In this document: positions 37,101-49,661 of the stretch, in pieces | How positions within the stretch are numbered: position 1 is the first letter of the stretch | How the letters are laid out: each line of letters begins with the position of its first letter | DNA from: Thermoplasmatota archaeon | GTDB taxonomy: Archaea; Thermoplasmatota; JAKEGO01 | Direction of reading: 5' to 3' | DNA length: 64,000 nt | Assembly (NCBI GenBank): GCA_028279595.1 | Contig: JANQNK010000004.1 | Location: 128,001 to 192,000 of the forward strand | Notes under the pieces: generated by a model | Told to the model about the DNA's origin: nothing | Database searches by the model: none | The model's input: only the letters and a program-made list of their open reading frames with translations | Made by a program: the position numbers and the translations under genes

Positions 37101-38189
37101 GTCGAGTGCGACAGCTACCTGGAGACCACCGACGAGGCGCATTACGTCTGGTTCGAGGCGACCATCGATGACCCGGGATGGGAGGACACTCACACGATCG
37201 TCTGGGACTTCGGCGACGGAACGTTCTGGAACGATACGCTGACCCCGTGGCACCGCTACGGCGACAACGGGATCTACAACGTAACTGTGACCGTTACCGA
37301 CGACGACGGCGGTTCTGACAGCGACACTGTCATGGTGAGCGTGTCGAACGTCGACCCATACGTCTGGGCATACTACGATGTCACAGTCAACGAATCCGAG
37401 GTCGCGACGTTCTACGGGGTGTTCTACGATCCCGGATACCTCGACACCCACACGTTCATCTGGGAGTTCGGCGACGGGACGTCCATCGTGACCACGAACT
37501 ACACGGAATACTGGAACGTGGTCGGCCTGTCGATAATGAACCATTCCTACGACGACGACGGCACGTACTACGTGAACGTAACGGTCTTCGATGACGATGG
37601 CGGTTCGAACACCGACACCGTGGAGGTAACCGTGCTCAATCTTCCGCCGGACGTCGAGGCGGGAGCGGACATAACGACCTACGAGGGCTACTACGTCCGC
37701 TTCAACGGATCCTACATGGACCCGAGCCCCGAGGACACGCACACCGTCGAATGGGAGTTCGGAGACGGTACCAACGGCTCCGGAACGCTCACGCCCTACC
37801 ACTGGTACTACGAGGAGGGGGAGTACGACGTGAACCTCACCGTGACCGACGACGACGGAGGCGTCGGCGAGGACTCGCTCGTCGTGACCGTCCTGAACCG
37901 TGCTCCATATGCGTACCTCTACTATCCGCGCTACGACGATCTGAACGTGACGTTCTATCTGTACTACTACGATCCCGGCAGGGACGACCTCGAGATCACG
38001 CTCGATTACGGTGACGGCACGGAGGAGTCCTGGAGCGACACCTACTATCACTGGGAACAGGTGACGCACACATACGAGGAGAGCGGGACCTACACCATAA
38101 CCATGACAGTGGAGGACGACGATGGTGCGAGCACGACAGTGACGCTTTCGGTCACCGTAGAGGGACCGGATCCACCGGACGACCCATAG
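34164..38189 (+). CDS. Secreted poly-PKD-domain protein (14 PKD repeats, Tyr/Asp-rich, no C-terminal anchor)
   Basis: 14 WxFGDG/xDYGDG...YTVTLTVTDDDG repeats. AGGTGA RBS before ATG 34164, then a signal peptide. The ORF-track start at 34077 is probably too long. Confidence 0.9.
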   Translation: MFDFPRGKRVVGSAIAGLVVLMVFSVLNASANGDYVEADAGEDITILETDPVADFDGSGSSAYPNDIAEYAWVFGDGSDAGYGETISHEYWADDGEYLVYLIVSDTEGNMDDDMSTVTVENVDPEVWAGRDVEIFEGYYAIFNGQFNDTAKDTHEIRWEFGDGSNSTGSNYTWHRYTDQGTYEVTLTVTDDDGGVGMDSLYVTVINRPPYARLWWADSYYEEPVIDEGDTLNFYAQYYDSGWTDDLTIELDYGDGSPIEEWEDTYYGWELMHHVYEDDGFYNITLTVTDEDGAVGTDTMMVEVHNVAPTVELGGPYMTTTEGACNYFDATMIDPGADDTHTIEWDFGDGTTASGSLALYHRYTENGVYNVTLNVTDDDGGFGSDTMIIAVDNVAPRVYLLWDQTVDEGDVVEFKAYYCDPGIDDTHILVWDFGDGTVITDDDPDSTDIYCSSVCTFAAEDLEDEDNDLNDCQCSYSCCHVVTIEHTYVDDGDFMVTLTVLDDDGDWGSDTCEVTVENVAPEVDAGEAMAIYEGGYAIFQGSFEDPGANDTHTIEWDFGDGTSGSGALYTWHRYMDEGEYTVTLTVTDDDGGVGTDTLTLWVQNRAPWAYLYGIVYTENGYGYYSYYAEPTVDEGEPLDFYVYYYDYGWNDTLEVTLDFGDGTASLSWTDDYYGYFVMNHTYMDDGEYTMTLTVEDSDGGVGTDTMLVTVENVAPQIGDDDEYEGLEGEFLTFEAEVTDQGDDELTYEWEFGDGETGTGMPVTHAYGDNGVYTLTLTVTDDDGGSDSESWPVTITNADPVADAGYYYVYTTPGETVEFEGSITDPGWLDTHSVNWNFADGTEENDTLTPEHAFDDIGYYLVWLTVTDDDGGVGTDYIYVIVRQEGPYAYLYWDQTVDEGEMANFYAYGYNPINQGDLEMEVDFGDGSAPVEWTGTYYAWKMLNHTYGDDGNYTVTLTVTDEEGDETTDTVLVTVLNVDPDVECDSYLETTDEAHYVWFEATIDDPGWEDTHTIVWDFGDGTFWNDTLTPWHRYGDNGIYNVTVTVTDDDGGSDSDTVMVSVSNVDPYVWAYYDVTVNESEVATFYGVFYDPGYLDTHTFIWEFGDGTSIVTTNYTEYWNVVGLSIMNHSYDDDGTYYVNVTVFDDDGGSNTDTVEVTVLNLPPDVEAGADITTYEGYYVRFNGSYMDPSPEDTHTVEWEFGDGTNGSGTLTPYHWYYEEGEYDVNLTVTDDDGGVGEDSLVVTVLNRAPYAYLYYPRYDDLNVTFYLYYYDPGRDDLEITLDYGDGTEESWSDTYYHWEQVTHTYEESGTYTITMTVEDDDGASTTVTLSVTVEGPDPPDDP

Positions 38190-38216
38190 GCCCGGACCGG
38201 GCCTGAAGCGAGTTGA

Positions 38217-38253
38217 GGGGGTCGGGACGCTGACCCCCGTTTTATCTTTTTTT
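38217..38253 (+). terminator. Terminator-like hairpin with T tract after the PKD gene
   Basis: gggggtc/gaccccc stem followed by gttttatcttttttt. Confidence 0.6.
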
Positions 38254-38369
38254 ACGTTATTTTCTTATGCAAATACGGTATTTTTCAAGCAGGTCCCTTT
38301 TCGACGATTCACGTCAATCTACCATTTCTGCCGAAGGGTATTTATGTATGAAGGATTGATAGTTATAGT

Positions 38370-38447
38370 GGAGAGCGGGGAACCATCGCGAGTCATTTGG
38401 TCCCCTCTGCGATGGCCTTTCTTTGGCACCCATTCCCGCTCTCTTTT
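38370..38447 (+). ncRNA. Candidate small structured RNA of unknown class
   Basis: TATA-like TTTATGTA at 38341-38348, at the expected distance from 38370. Terminal stem gagagcggg(g)aa/ttcccgctctc, inner stem ccatcgc/gcgatgg, then TTTT. Confidence 0.4.
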
Positions 38448-38649
38448 CCCATTCCCGCCAGCACGGACTGCGGCAGTGTTTCGAGTTATGAGGCGACACC
38501 CGTGCAGGTGGTTGACGGCTCCTTTTCGAGCTCTATGAAACCTCAGTCCGGAGTAGGTCTCCGTAAGGTTCTGATGCTCGGATCCGATGATCGGACCAGT
38601 CGTAGAAAGGATTATAACGACGCATTTCGTTCAATCTTACGGGATCCGC

Positions 38650-40479
38650 ATGAAACTACGAAACGCACTCGGAATGATGATAGCCTTAGTCTTAGCGCTG
38701 TTGATCGTGTCGGCTCAGAATGCCGCTGGAGGATATTCGGCCAATCCAGTCGTTGTCATGTCAGAGCTGCCGGATGGAGATTACGAGGTCGGCGACGAAG
38801 TGACGTTCACCGTGAACGTTTTCGAGAAGGGAGAACGCGTCGATGCCGACAACATCACCGTGACGGTCGGTTGGTACTTCGAGGATCGCAAGGTCAATGC
38901 GACACCTACGGGCACTCCAGGCGTCTACGAGGTGACCTTTACAATACAGGAGAACGACTCGTACGAGGGCGAGATCGATATATTCATCACGGTCGAGGTA
39001 GGGAACGTCACCTCGGGCGATTACATCTATTTCTATCTCTATGAAGGGGAGGAGGAACCCGAGGTAGAGGTGGAGGCCAAACCAACATCCTCGTCACTCC
39101 TGAAGCCCGGCGAGACCTTCACCTGCGAGGTCACTGTAACAGAGGATGGGGAGGCGGTCAACGCTGACGATAAGGACATCACCCTTTATGGACCGGAAGG
39201 CACGGAGAAATTGAACTGGACGAAGACCGGGAAGGGCATGTACATGATAACGTACACTGTCCCCGACCACATCACCGATTACAAGAAGTTCTCGATCCAC
39301 ATCTACGTGGATGTCGGAAATTTGACGGAATATGCGTATGCGACCTTCACGGTACTCGACATCCAGGTATGGTACGAGAAGGGTAGTGTCAACAAGACGG
39401 AGCTGGTGGCAACGTTCTGGGTGAACGACCTTGATGGGAACGTTGTGAACGGCGCCCAGGTAAAGATAGAGTACGACCACGACAACGACTACTTCACAGC
39501 GAGACTGATGAAGAGCGGAACCACCGTCAACGGCTCCGTCGAATTGACCCTACCGCACGCCAACCTGACAGGCATCTATGTGACGATAACGGTGAAGATC
39601 ACCAATAGGACTTACTTGATCGGGACAGGGATCGACTGGGACATGGAGGAAATGGAGGAACCAGAGGTCCCCGAACCCTCCGAGGAGGAGTTCGATGTCG
39701 TCCCCGAGGACATGGGATACGAGACGGGACAGCATACGTATGATTTCACAGCTTACAACTATTCCGAGCCCTGGGCCAGTGACTGGGTGTACTATTACGC
39801 AGGATTCTACGGCTCCCCATGTAGGAAGGTCCTCGCATTCGGCAAGGTCAAGACGAACGCTGAGGGCGAGTTCTCCATCAGCTTCAGCACACCCTCGGAT
39901 GAGGGAATGTACATCATGATCTTCTTCCAAGCTGCTACGGGCGACGCGGAGTACGAGGGACAGAGCAACGATGGCAGGGCTTACGAACAGGCCACGGTCT
40001 TCCTCTCGAAATTGACCGTGGAGGGCTCGGTCAAGAGCTCCAGCGTCAAGATCTCTGCAAAGGGCGCGCTGAAATTGAACGATACCAACGATTTCCAGGT
40101 CACGATACCTGGCGAGAGCGGTTTCCTCATGGTGTTCATCATCCCCGTGGACGCCGAGCCGGACTCCCAGATGGAAGCGTATCCCTTCATCCTCTGGGCA
40201 TTGATCCTGCCTGCTGACATTCCGCTCATGACAGGCACCCAGACGGTCTCGGTACTGCTGCCGGCTTATCTGCCCGAAGACCAGAAGTTCCTTTTCGTCG
40301 TGGTGTCGCTCAACGACGAGGGATTGAAGTACAACTACCTCATGCTTAAGGTCGGCCAGAGCGGTGGCACGGGCGACGACGATGACGACGACGGCGGTTT
40401 CTTCCCCGGATTCGAGGGTATCACTGTAGCCGCAGCGCTCGGCGTCGCCTTGGTCGCTATGAGGAGGAAGAGAAGATAG
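38650..40479 (+). CDS. Secreted surface protein with Ig-like domains and a PGF-CTERM archaeosortase sorting signal
   Basis: Signal peptide from ATG 38650 (MKLRNALGMMIALVLALLIVSA). C-terminus FPGFEGITVAAALGVALVAMRRKRR. Confidence 0.88.
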   Translation: MKLRNALGMMIALVLALLIVSAQNAAGGYSANPVVVMSELPDGDYEVGDEVTFTVNVFEKGERVDADNITVTVGWYFEDRKVNATPTGTPGVYEVTFTIQENDSYEGEIDIFITVEVGNVTSGDYIYFYLYEGEEEPEVEVEAKPTSSSLLKPGETFTCEVTVTEDGEAVNADDKDITLYGPEGTEKLNWTKTGKGMYMITYTVPDHITDYKKFSIHIYVDVGNLTEYAYATFTVLDIQVWYEKGSVNKTELVATFWVNDLDGNVVNGAQVKIEYDHDNDYFTARLMKSGTTVNGSVELTLPHANLTGIYVTITVKITNRTYLIGTGIDWDMEEMEEPEVPEPSEEEFDVVPEDMGYETGQHTYDFTAYNYSEPWASDWVYYYAGFYGSPCRKVLAFGKVKTNAEGEFSISFSTPSDEGMYIMIFFQAATGDAEYEGQSNDGRAYEQATVFLSKLTVEGSVKSSSVKISAKGALKLNDTNDFQVTIPGESGFLMVFIIPVDAEPDSQMEAYPFILWALILPADIPLMTGTQTVSVLLPAYLPEDQKFLFVVVSLNDEGLKYNYLMLKVGQSGGTGDDDDDDGGFFPGFEGITVAAALGVALVAMRRKRR

Positions 40480-40551
40480 TCTGGGCCAACCTTCCTAGGA
40501 AAGGCCGTTAATGGACCCACATATCACTGATAGTGGGAACTAGGTCGATGG

Positions 40552-40586
40552 AAAATGGGGGGGTGGCGCGGGCTCCTGCCCGCGCC
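40552..40586 (-). terminator. GC-rich hairpin terminating the acn-aclBA-icd operon
   Basis: ggcgcgggc-tcct-gcccgcgcc (40565-40586), with a pyrimidine/T run following on the minus strand, between convergent genes. Confidence 0.55.
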
Positions 40587-40620
40587 GCTGTCACCTCTTT
40601 CGTCTTGCCTCGATACTGGA

Positions 40621-44743
<4,123 letters not shown>

Positions 44744-46030
44744 TCAATCACCTCCCTTGAGCGCCATCGAAACGATCTTCGTCATGTGGGTCTCGGGTCC
44801 GTACACCTCGATCGGGATGCCGATGCTCTCTCCCGTCTGGCGCATCTTCGCCAGACCCTCCTTGAAGTTCGGTCCTCCGCGCCTTACGTAGATCTTCACT
44901 CCGGTGTCCTGGAGCTTCGGAGCGAACTCCTCGAGCGCCTGGATTATCCCGGTGAACGTCTTGGCGACGTCCGTGAAGTTCGCGATGCCTCCGCCGATGA
45001 TCAGGTACTTGGGCGTACCGTCGTCGTTCTTCGCCCGGGTCATCAGGTCGAGCACCGTCTTCGTGTACTCGTACGTGAGCTCCTGGGACGGATTGCCGCT
45101 GTACTCGCCGTAGTTGGCGAGCTCCTTGGCAAAGCCCAGGTCAGCGACCGTGTCGGCGTAGATGACGCTCGCGCCGCCTCCTGCCACGAGGTTCCATACC
45201 TTCCCGGTGGGATTGAGCACCGTGAGCTTCAGGGAAGCTCCGGTCCTCTCGTCGAGGTCGGCCACGTACTCCTCCTCCTTGGTCTTCGACAGACCGAAGG
45301 GGTTAGGGAAGCTGACGCCGCCCCACTTGTCGTGACAGCTGAAGGACGCGTAGTCGTCCAGCTTTGCCACCGTGTCGAGTGGGACGATTGTGTCGCCCAC
45401 GAACGTGAACGGGTTCAGCTCGATGTAGGTGAAGTGGTAGTCCACCACGATGTTGTAGAGGGCCGTCACGAAATCCGCCACTGTCTGCCTCTTGTCGCCG
45501 AGCTCGTCCGGAAGCTGTCCTGCCACATCGACCTCGTCGATCGAGGACAGGATCGGGATGTGTATCTCCTTGACCGTGTCCCATACCTCCTCGATGTCGA
45601 CGCCCCCGCTGGTCGAGAAGTGTATCGTATCGCCGTCCCGGTGTGTCGTTATTGCGACGTAGTACTCCTCCTCGTGCGGGACGAAGGGTTCGATCAGGAA
45701 GTGTGTCAGCGTCCCCGACGACTCTCCGGTCGTCTGGACGATCGTCACCTCCTTCTCCATCCTCTCACGGATCCATTCGACCGCCTCGTCCAGCGTCTTG
45801 TCGATGAACAGGAGGTTGTTCTTCCCCCTCTTCCCGAAGAGCTGGTCGGGCTTGACTACCAATTTCTTCTCGCGAAGCCACGGGTATGCCGTGCCGAGCC
45901 CGTCAAGGTCGGTCTCCGGACCGACCAGTACGAGGTCGGTGGTCATCGAGAACTTCCCGTCCGAGAACTCGGACAGGGCTCCAGCCACCATGCGCTTCGC
46001 ATCGTATTCTCTGATGCCTTTCTCTGCCAT
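44744..46030 (-). CDS. aclB: ATP-citrate lyase small (beta, ATP-grasp/citrate-binding) subunit
   Basis: KGIREY, KPDQLFGKRGK, AGGGASVIYADT, ANYGEYSGNP, GGGIANFTDVA and YGPETHMT. GAGGTGA RBS before ATG 46030. Confidence 0.95.
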   Translation of the reverse strand: MAEKGIREYDAKRMVAGALSEFSDGKFSMTTDLVLVGPETDLDGLGTAYPWLREKKLVVKPDQLFGKRGKNNLLFIDKTLDEAVEWIRERMEKEVTIVQTTGESSGTLTHFLIEPFVPHEEEYYVAITTHRDGDTIHFSTSGGVDIEEVWDTVKEIHIPILSSIDEVDVAGQLPDELGDKRQTVADFVTALYNIVVDYHFTYIELNPFTFVGDTIVPLDTVAKLDDYASFSCHDKWGGVSFPNPFGLSKTKEEEYVADLDERTGASLKLTVLNPTGKVWNLVAGGGASVIYADTVADLGFAKELANYGEYSGNPSQELTYEYTKTVLDLMTRAKNDDGTPKYLIIGGGIANFTDVAKTFTGIIQALEEFAPKLQDTGVKIYVRRGGPNFKEGLAKMRQTGESIGIPIEVYGPETHMTKIVSMALKGGD

Positions 46031-46035
46031 CTCAT

Positions 46036-47988
46036 TCACCTCATCTGTTGTGCTATCAGGTTCAGGGTCCCCCCTGCCAGGATCTTCTCCTTATCCTTCT
46101 CTGAAAGGTCGAAGCTCGCCTGGAACTCCGTCCCCTTCGTCATGTTCTTGACCGTAACGGTATTGCCCGCACCCTCGAGCGCGGACCGGACGTCCGGGAT
46201 CTCCAGGCCGTCCCCCTGGTCTATGCCATCGTAGTCGGCCGGGTCTGCGAAGTTGAGCGGGACGATGCCGAAGTTCACAAGGTTCGCCTTGTGGATCCTC
46301 TCCATCCCCTTCGTTATCACGGCCTTCACTCCCATGTACATCGGGCACAGGGCGGCGTGCTCGCGGGACGAGCCCTGTCCGTAACTGATCCCGGCGACGA
46401 TCACGTTGTCGTTGCCGGAGTCGCGTATCCCCTTGGCCCTGTCGAAGAATGTGTCGTCAACGACCTCGAAGAGGAACTCCGAGTACTTCGGCACGTTCGA
46501 CCTGTACTTCATCTTGCTGCCCGCGGGAATGATGTGGTCGGTGGTTATCTCGTCGCCGACCTTGATCGCGACCTCGCCGGCTATGACATCCGGCAGCGGC
46601 GCGTTCTTCGGCGGGTCCCCGATGTTCGGACCGCGGACTATCTCCACGTCCCCGGGGTCGTCAACGGGCGGCATGATCATGTTGTCGTTCACGATGAAAT
46701 CGTCAGGCATCTCGACCGCTGGGTACTCGATGCCCATGTCCTCCAGTTTCCTGGGGTCGATGAACTTCCCTGTTATCGCGCCGGCCGCTGCTGTCTCCGG
46801 GCTCACGAGGTACGCGTTGGCGCTCTTCGTGCCCGAGCGTCCCAGGAAGTTCCTGTTGCTGGTCCTCAGCGATATCGCCTCGGTCTTCGGCGACTGGCTG
46901 TTGCCGATGCAGAATCCGCAGGCGTTCTCGGCCATCCTGACCCCGGCGCCGAGTATGTAGGCCAGGCGTCCGTTCTCGGAGAGCATCTCGACCACCTGCT
47001 TCGAGCCGGGACCCACCACCGCGCTGACGTTCGGGTGGATCGTCCGGCCCTTCAGGAGCTCGGCAAATATCATCATGTCCCTGTAGGACGAGTTCGTGCA
47101 CGAGCCCATGCAGACCTGGTCGACGGCCATCTCGTTCGCGTCGGCGACCGTCATGATGTTCCCGGGGCTGTGCGGTGCAGCAGCAAGCGGTTCGAGCGTG
47201 CTGAGATCGACCTGCACAACACGGTCGTACTCCGCGTCAGGGTCCGCTGCCATGGCGACCCACTGGTCGCCGCGGCCCTGCGCGTCGAGGAACTGCTTCG
47301 TAACGTCGTCGCTCGGGAAGATGGATGTCGTCACACCGCACTCGGCCCCCATGTTCGTGATTGTGGCGCGCTCCGGTACGGTGAGTGTGGCGATCCCCTC
47401 GCCGCCGTACTCGAAGACCGTCCCGACGTTCCCGTGCGTGGTGAAGGTCTCGAGGACCTTCAGGATGACGTCCTTCGCGCTCACCCAAGGCCTAAGTTCG
47501 CCCGTGAGCTCGATCTTGACCACCTTCGGACAGGTGACGTTGAAATGTCCGCCCGCCATGGCGACGGCGACGTCGAGGCCCCCCGCTCCGACGGCGATCA
47601 TGCCGATCCCGCCTCCAGTGGGCGTGTGACTGTCACTTCCGAGAAGCGTCCTTCCAGGACGGCCGAAGCGTTCCAGGTGTACCTGGTGGCATATGCCGTT
47701 CCCGGCCCGCGAGTAGTATATCCCGAACTTCTTCGCCACGGACTGAAGGTACTTGTGGTCGTCGGCGTTCTCGTAGCCGATCTGGACGGTATTGTGGTCC
47801 ACGTAGCTGACCGAAAGCTCGGTCTTGACCCTCGGTACCCCCATCGCCTCGAACTGGAGGTATGCCATGGTCCCGGTGGCGTCCTGGGTCAGGGTCTGGT
47901 CGATCCTGATCCCTATCTCCTCTCCCTTTACGTACTCTCCTACAACTAGGTGCTCTTCCAATATCTTCTGCGTCAGGGTCTTGCCCAT
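46036..47988 (-). CDS. acn: Aconitate hydratase (short ~650-aa Aquifex/archaeal type)
   Basis: TQDATGTMA, GICHQVHLE, DSHT, GSCTNSS, CGFCIG, NRNF.GR, ITTDHI.P and YGQGSSREHA. Confidence 0.93.
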   Translation of the reverse strand: MGKTLTQKILEEHLVVGEYVKGEEIGIRIDQTLTQDATGTMAYLQFEAMGVPRVKTELSVSYVDHNTVQIGYENADDHKYLQSVAKKFGIYYSRAGNGICHQVHLERFGRPGRTLLGSDSHTPTGGGIGMIAVGAGGLDVAVAMAGGHFNVTCPKVVKIELTGELRPWVSAKDVILKVLETFTTHGNVGTVFEYGGEGIATLTVPERATITNMGAECGVTTSIFPSDDVTKQFLDAQGRGDQWVAMAADPDAEYDRVVQVDLSTLEPLAAAPHSPGNIMTVADANEMAVDQVCMGSCTNSSYRDMMIFAELLKGRTIHPNVSAVVGPGSKQVVEMLSENGRLAYILGAGVRMAENACGFCIGNSQSPKTEAISLRTSNRNFLGRSGTKSANAYLVSPETAAAGAITGKFIDPRKLEDMGIEYPAVEMPDDFIVNDNMIMPPVDDPGDVEIVRGPNIGDPPKNAPLPDVIAGEVAIKVGDEITTDHIIPAGSKMKYRSNVPKYSEFLFEVVDDTFFDRAKGIRDSGNDNVIVAGISYGQGSSREHAALCPMYMGVKAVITKGMERIHKANLVNFGIVPLNFADPADYDGIDQGDGLEIPDVRSALEGAGNTVTVKNMTKGTEFQASFDLSEKDKEKILAGGTLNLIAQQMR

Positions 47989-48091
47989 GATATCCCTCCT
48001 CTGTGCCCCCTTTCGGGTGATACCCGGCCAGGGATGTCTCCCCTGGCTACGAGTTTGGATATTGATTGCGGGCTTGCCCTGTACGCCTATT

Positions 48092-49447
48092 TCAACTTTC
48101 TAGTTCGTCCAGGAAAGCCCCCGTCATCGCGGCGAACGTCTTGAAGTCGTCCGTCCAGTCGTACCTGCTGTCGTACTCCTTCCTGTGGGCCTTGTCGTAG
48201 CTCGACAGATACTTGTTGAGGTGCCTCTTCCACCTCTCCTTAGAGGCCAGCCGCTTGGTCTGGAGCTGGTTCGATATGTCGTACGAGACCACGCCGTCCA
48301 TGCTGTCGAATACGTCCTTGGCGAAGGTCTGGGCGGACTTTCTCGAGTCAGTGAGCAATGAAAGCAATATATCGTCCTGCCCCAGCGAGAAGGAGAGGTA
48401 GGTCGGGAAGACGTTCTCCTTGAGTCCATGGGTGATGAACTTGGACCTGATCGCCTGGTACTGGCTCGGATCGCCCCGAATGGAGACCAGGTACCTGTAC
48501 AGGTCGCTCGGATGGTCCTTCGGGAGCAGGAAGTACGTTGGTTGCAGGAGCGGCACGGTCCGCGTCTTGCGGACGTCGGCCAGAGTGTGGACGTTGTTGA
48601 CAAGGAAGTCCTTCAGGACCTCGAAGTTGTCCACCTCGAATATCACGTTGATGAACTCCTTGTTCTCCTGCTGTGACGCATACAATGGTGTTACATGGTC
48701 GGTCTCGAACTTCTGGATGTTCTTCTCGACGTCGTTCCATAGCTGCGGCATGCCGGACTTGGCGAATAGCCTCACGATCACGGTGAATGGCGACCGTTCC
48801 TTCAGGTATGCCTCGAACTCTGCCTTGTTCGCCATCCTGCCCTTCGTTCCGGCGGGCTTGGAATACCTGAACCTGTCCTTGTGCGCCTCGAGCTTGTTCT
48901 GGGGGAGTAGCGACAGGCTGTTGACGATCCTCGAAGTGTCGTATCCTACGACCCCGGGGATCTTGGATATCTTCCTCTCGACGAACCCGCGGGCCGTCTC
49001 CCTGTCCTTCGACAGGACCGAGAGGATGATGTCGTCGTCCCCGAACGAGTACGACAGGTAGGTCATGAAGGTGCTCTTCGTCCACTTGAGCTCGATGAGC
49101 TTGCTGTAGACGTCCCGGTAGTTCTCGGGATTGACCCTCAGGAAGACCAGGAACCGCTGGAGGTCCTTGGCGTGCTCCTTCGGCGGGGGGAAGTAGACAG
49201 GGCTCATTATCGGGATGGTCCTTGTGTCCCTGACGGCAGCCATCGTCTCGAGGTTCTTCAGGAATACCTGCTGGACGGAGTCCAGGCGCTTGACCTTCAG
49301 AAGTATGCTGAGATATCTTTTTCCCTCCTGGCGGATAGCGTACAGGGGTTCTACGTCCTCCCAGTACAGGTTCCGCTTCTCGGCCTCGATCACGCTGCAG
49401 AGATTGTTCAGACCACCCTTCGGAAAGAGCCTTACCATTACCAGCAT
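48092..49447 (-). CDS. Hypothetical protein with an internal tandem duplication; about four Lrp/AsnC ligand-binding (RAM)-like domains and no HTH
   Basis: The two halves align (VRLF.K.G, PLYA, VR.TRT.P, P.YF..PK.H, TYLS.S.G.DDI.LS.L, GVV.YD.S). The G.DDI...I..IPGV pattern resembles the AsnC C-terminal domain. Confidence 0.7.
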   Translation of the reverse strand: MLVMVRLFPKGGLNNLCSVIEAEKRNLYWEDVEPLYAIRQEGKRYLSILLKVKRLDSVQQVFLKNLETMAAVRDTRTIPIMSPVYFPPPKEHAKDLQRFLVFLRVNPENYRDVYSKLIELKWTKSTFMTYLSYSFGDDDIILSVLSKDRETARGFVERKISKIPGVVGYDTSRIVNSLSLLPQNKLEAHKDRFRYSKPAGTKGRMANKAEFEAYLKERSPFTVIVRLFAKSGMPQLWNDVEKNIQKFETDHVTPLYASQQENKEFINVIFEVDNFEVLKDFLVNNVHTLADVRKTRTVPLLQPTYFLLPKDHPSDLYRYLVSIRGDPSQYQAIRSKFITHGLKENVFPTYLSFSLGQDDILLSLLTDSRKSAQTFAKDVFDSMDGVVSYDISNQLQTKRLASKERWKRHLNKYLSSYDKAHRKEYDSRYDWTDDFKTFAAMTGAFLDELES

Positions 49448-49486
49448 TCTATACCCCCCCTGGGGATTCCCCGAATGAGTCGAATG

Positions 49487-49632
49487 CTATAAAAATCTTA
49501 TTCTGTTTATAGGGCTCGATTTCGATAATCGCATTAATTTTACCGCGAAGATGTGAAAAAGAGAATGTGCAGGCCCGTCGTTTCCAAGTTTTCGTCAATC
49601 GAGTGCGGTGGAATCAAAAACAGATATATATC
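49487..49632. promoter_or_regulatory. Divergent promoter region with TATA-like boxes
   Basis: TTTTTATAG on the minus strand at 49487-49495, part of a ctataaa/tttatag inverted repeat ending at 49512. GATATATATC at 49623-49632 follows an A-rich BRE-like run upstream of sucC. Confidence 0.5.
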
Positions 49633-49661
49633 GCTCTCCCATTTGGGACGGGGGAATTCAG

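Noticed and set aside
34800-38069. 1089-aa antisense ORF
   Set aside because: It is the mirror frame of the PKD gene. High-GC GAC/GAG codon bias removes antisense stops, and the product is V/R/H-rich with no domain.
38397-39044. 215-aa ORF overlapping the PGF-CTERM gene start
   Set aside because: Out-of-frame overlap with a well-supported gene and no recognisable domain.
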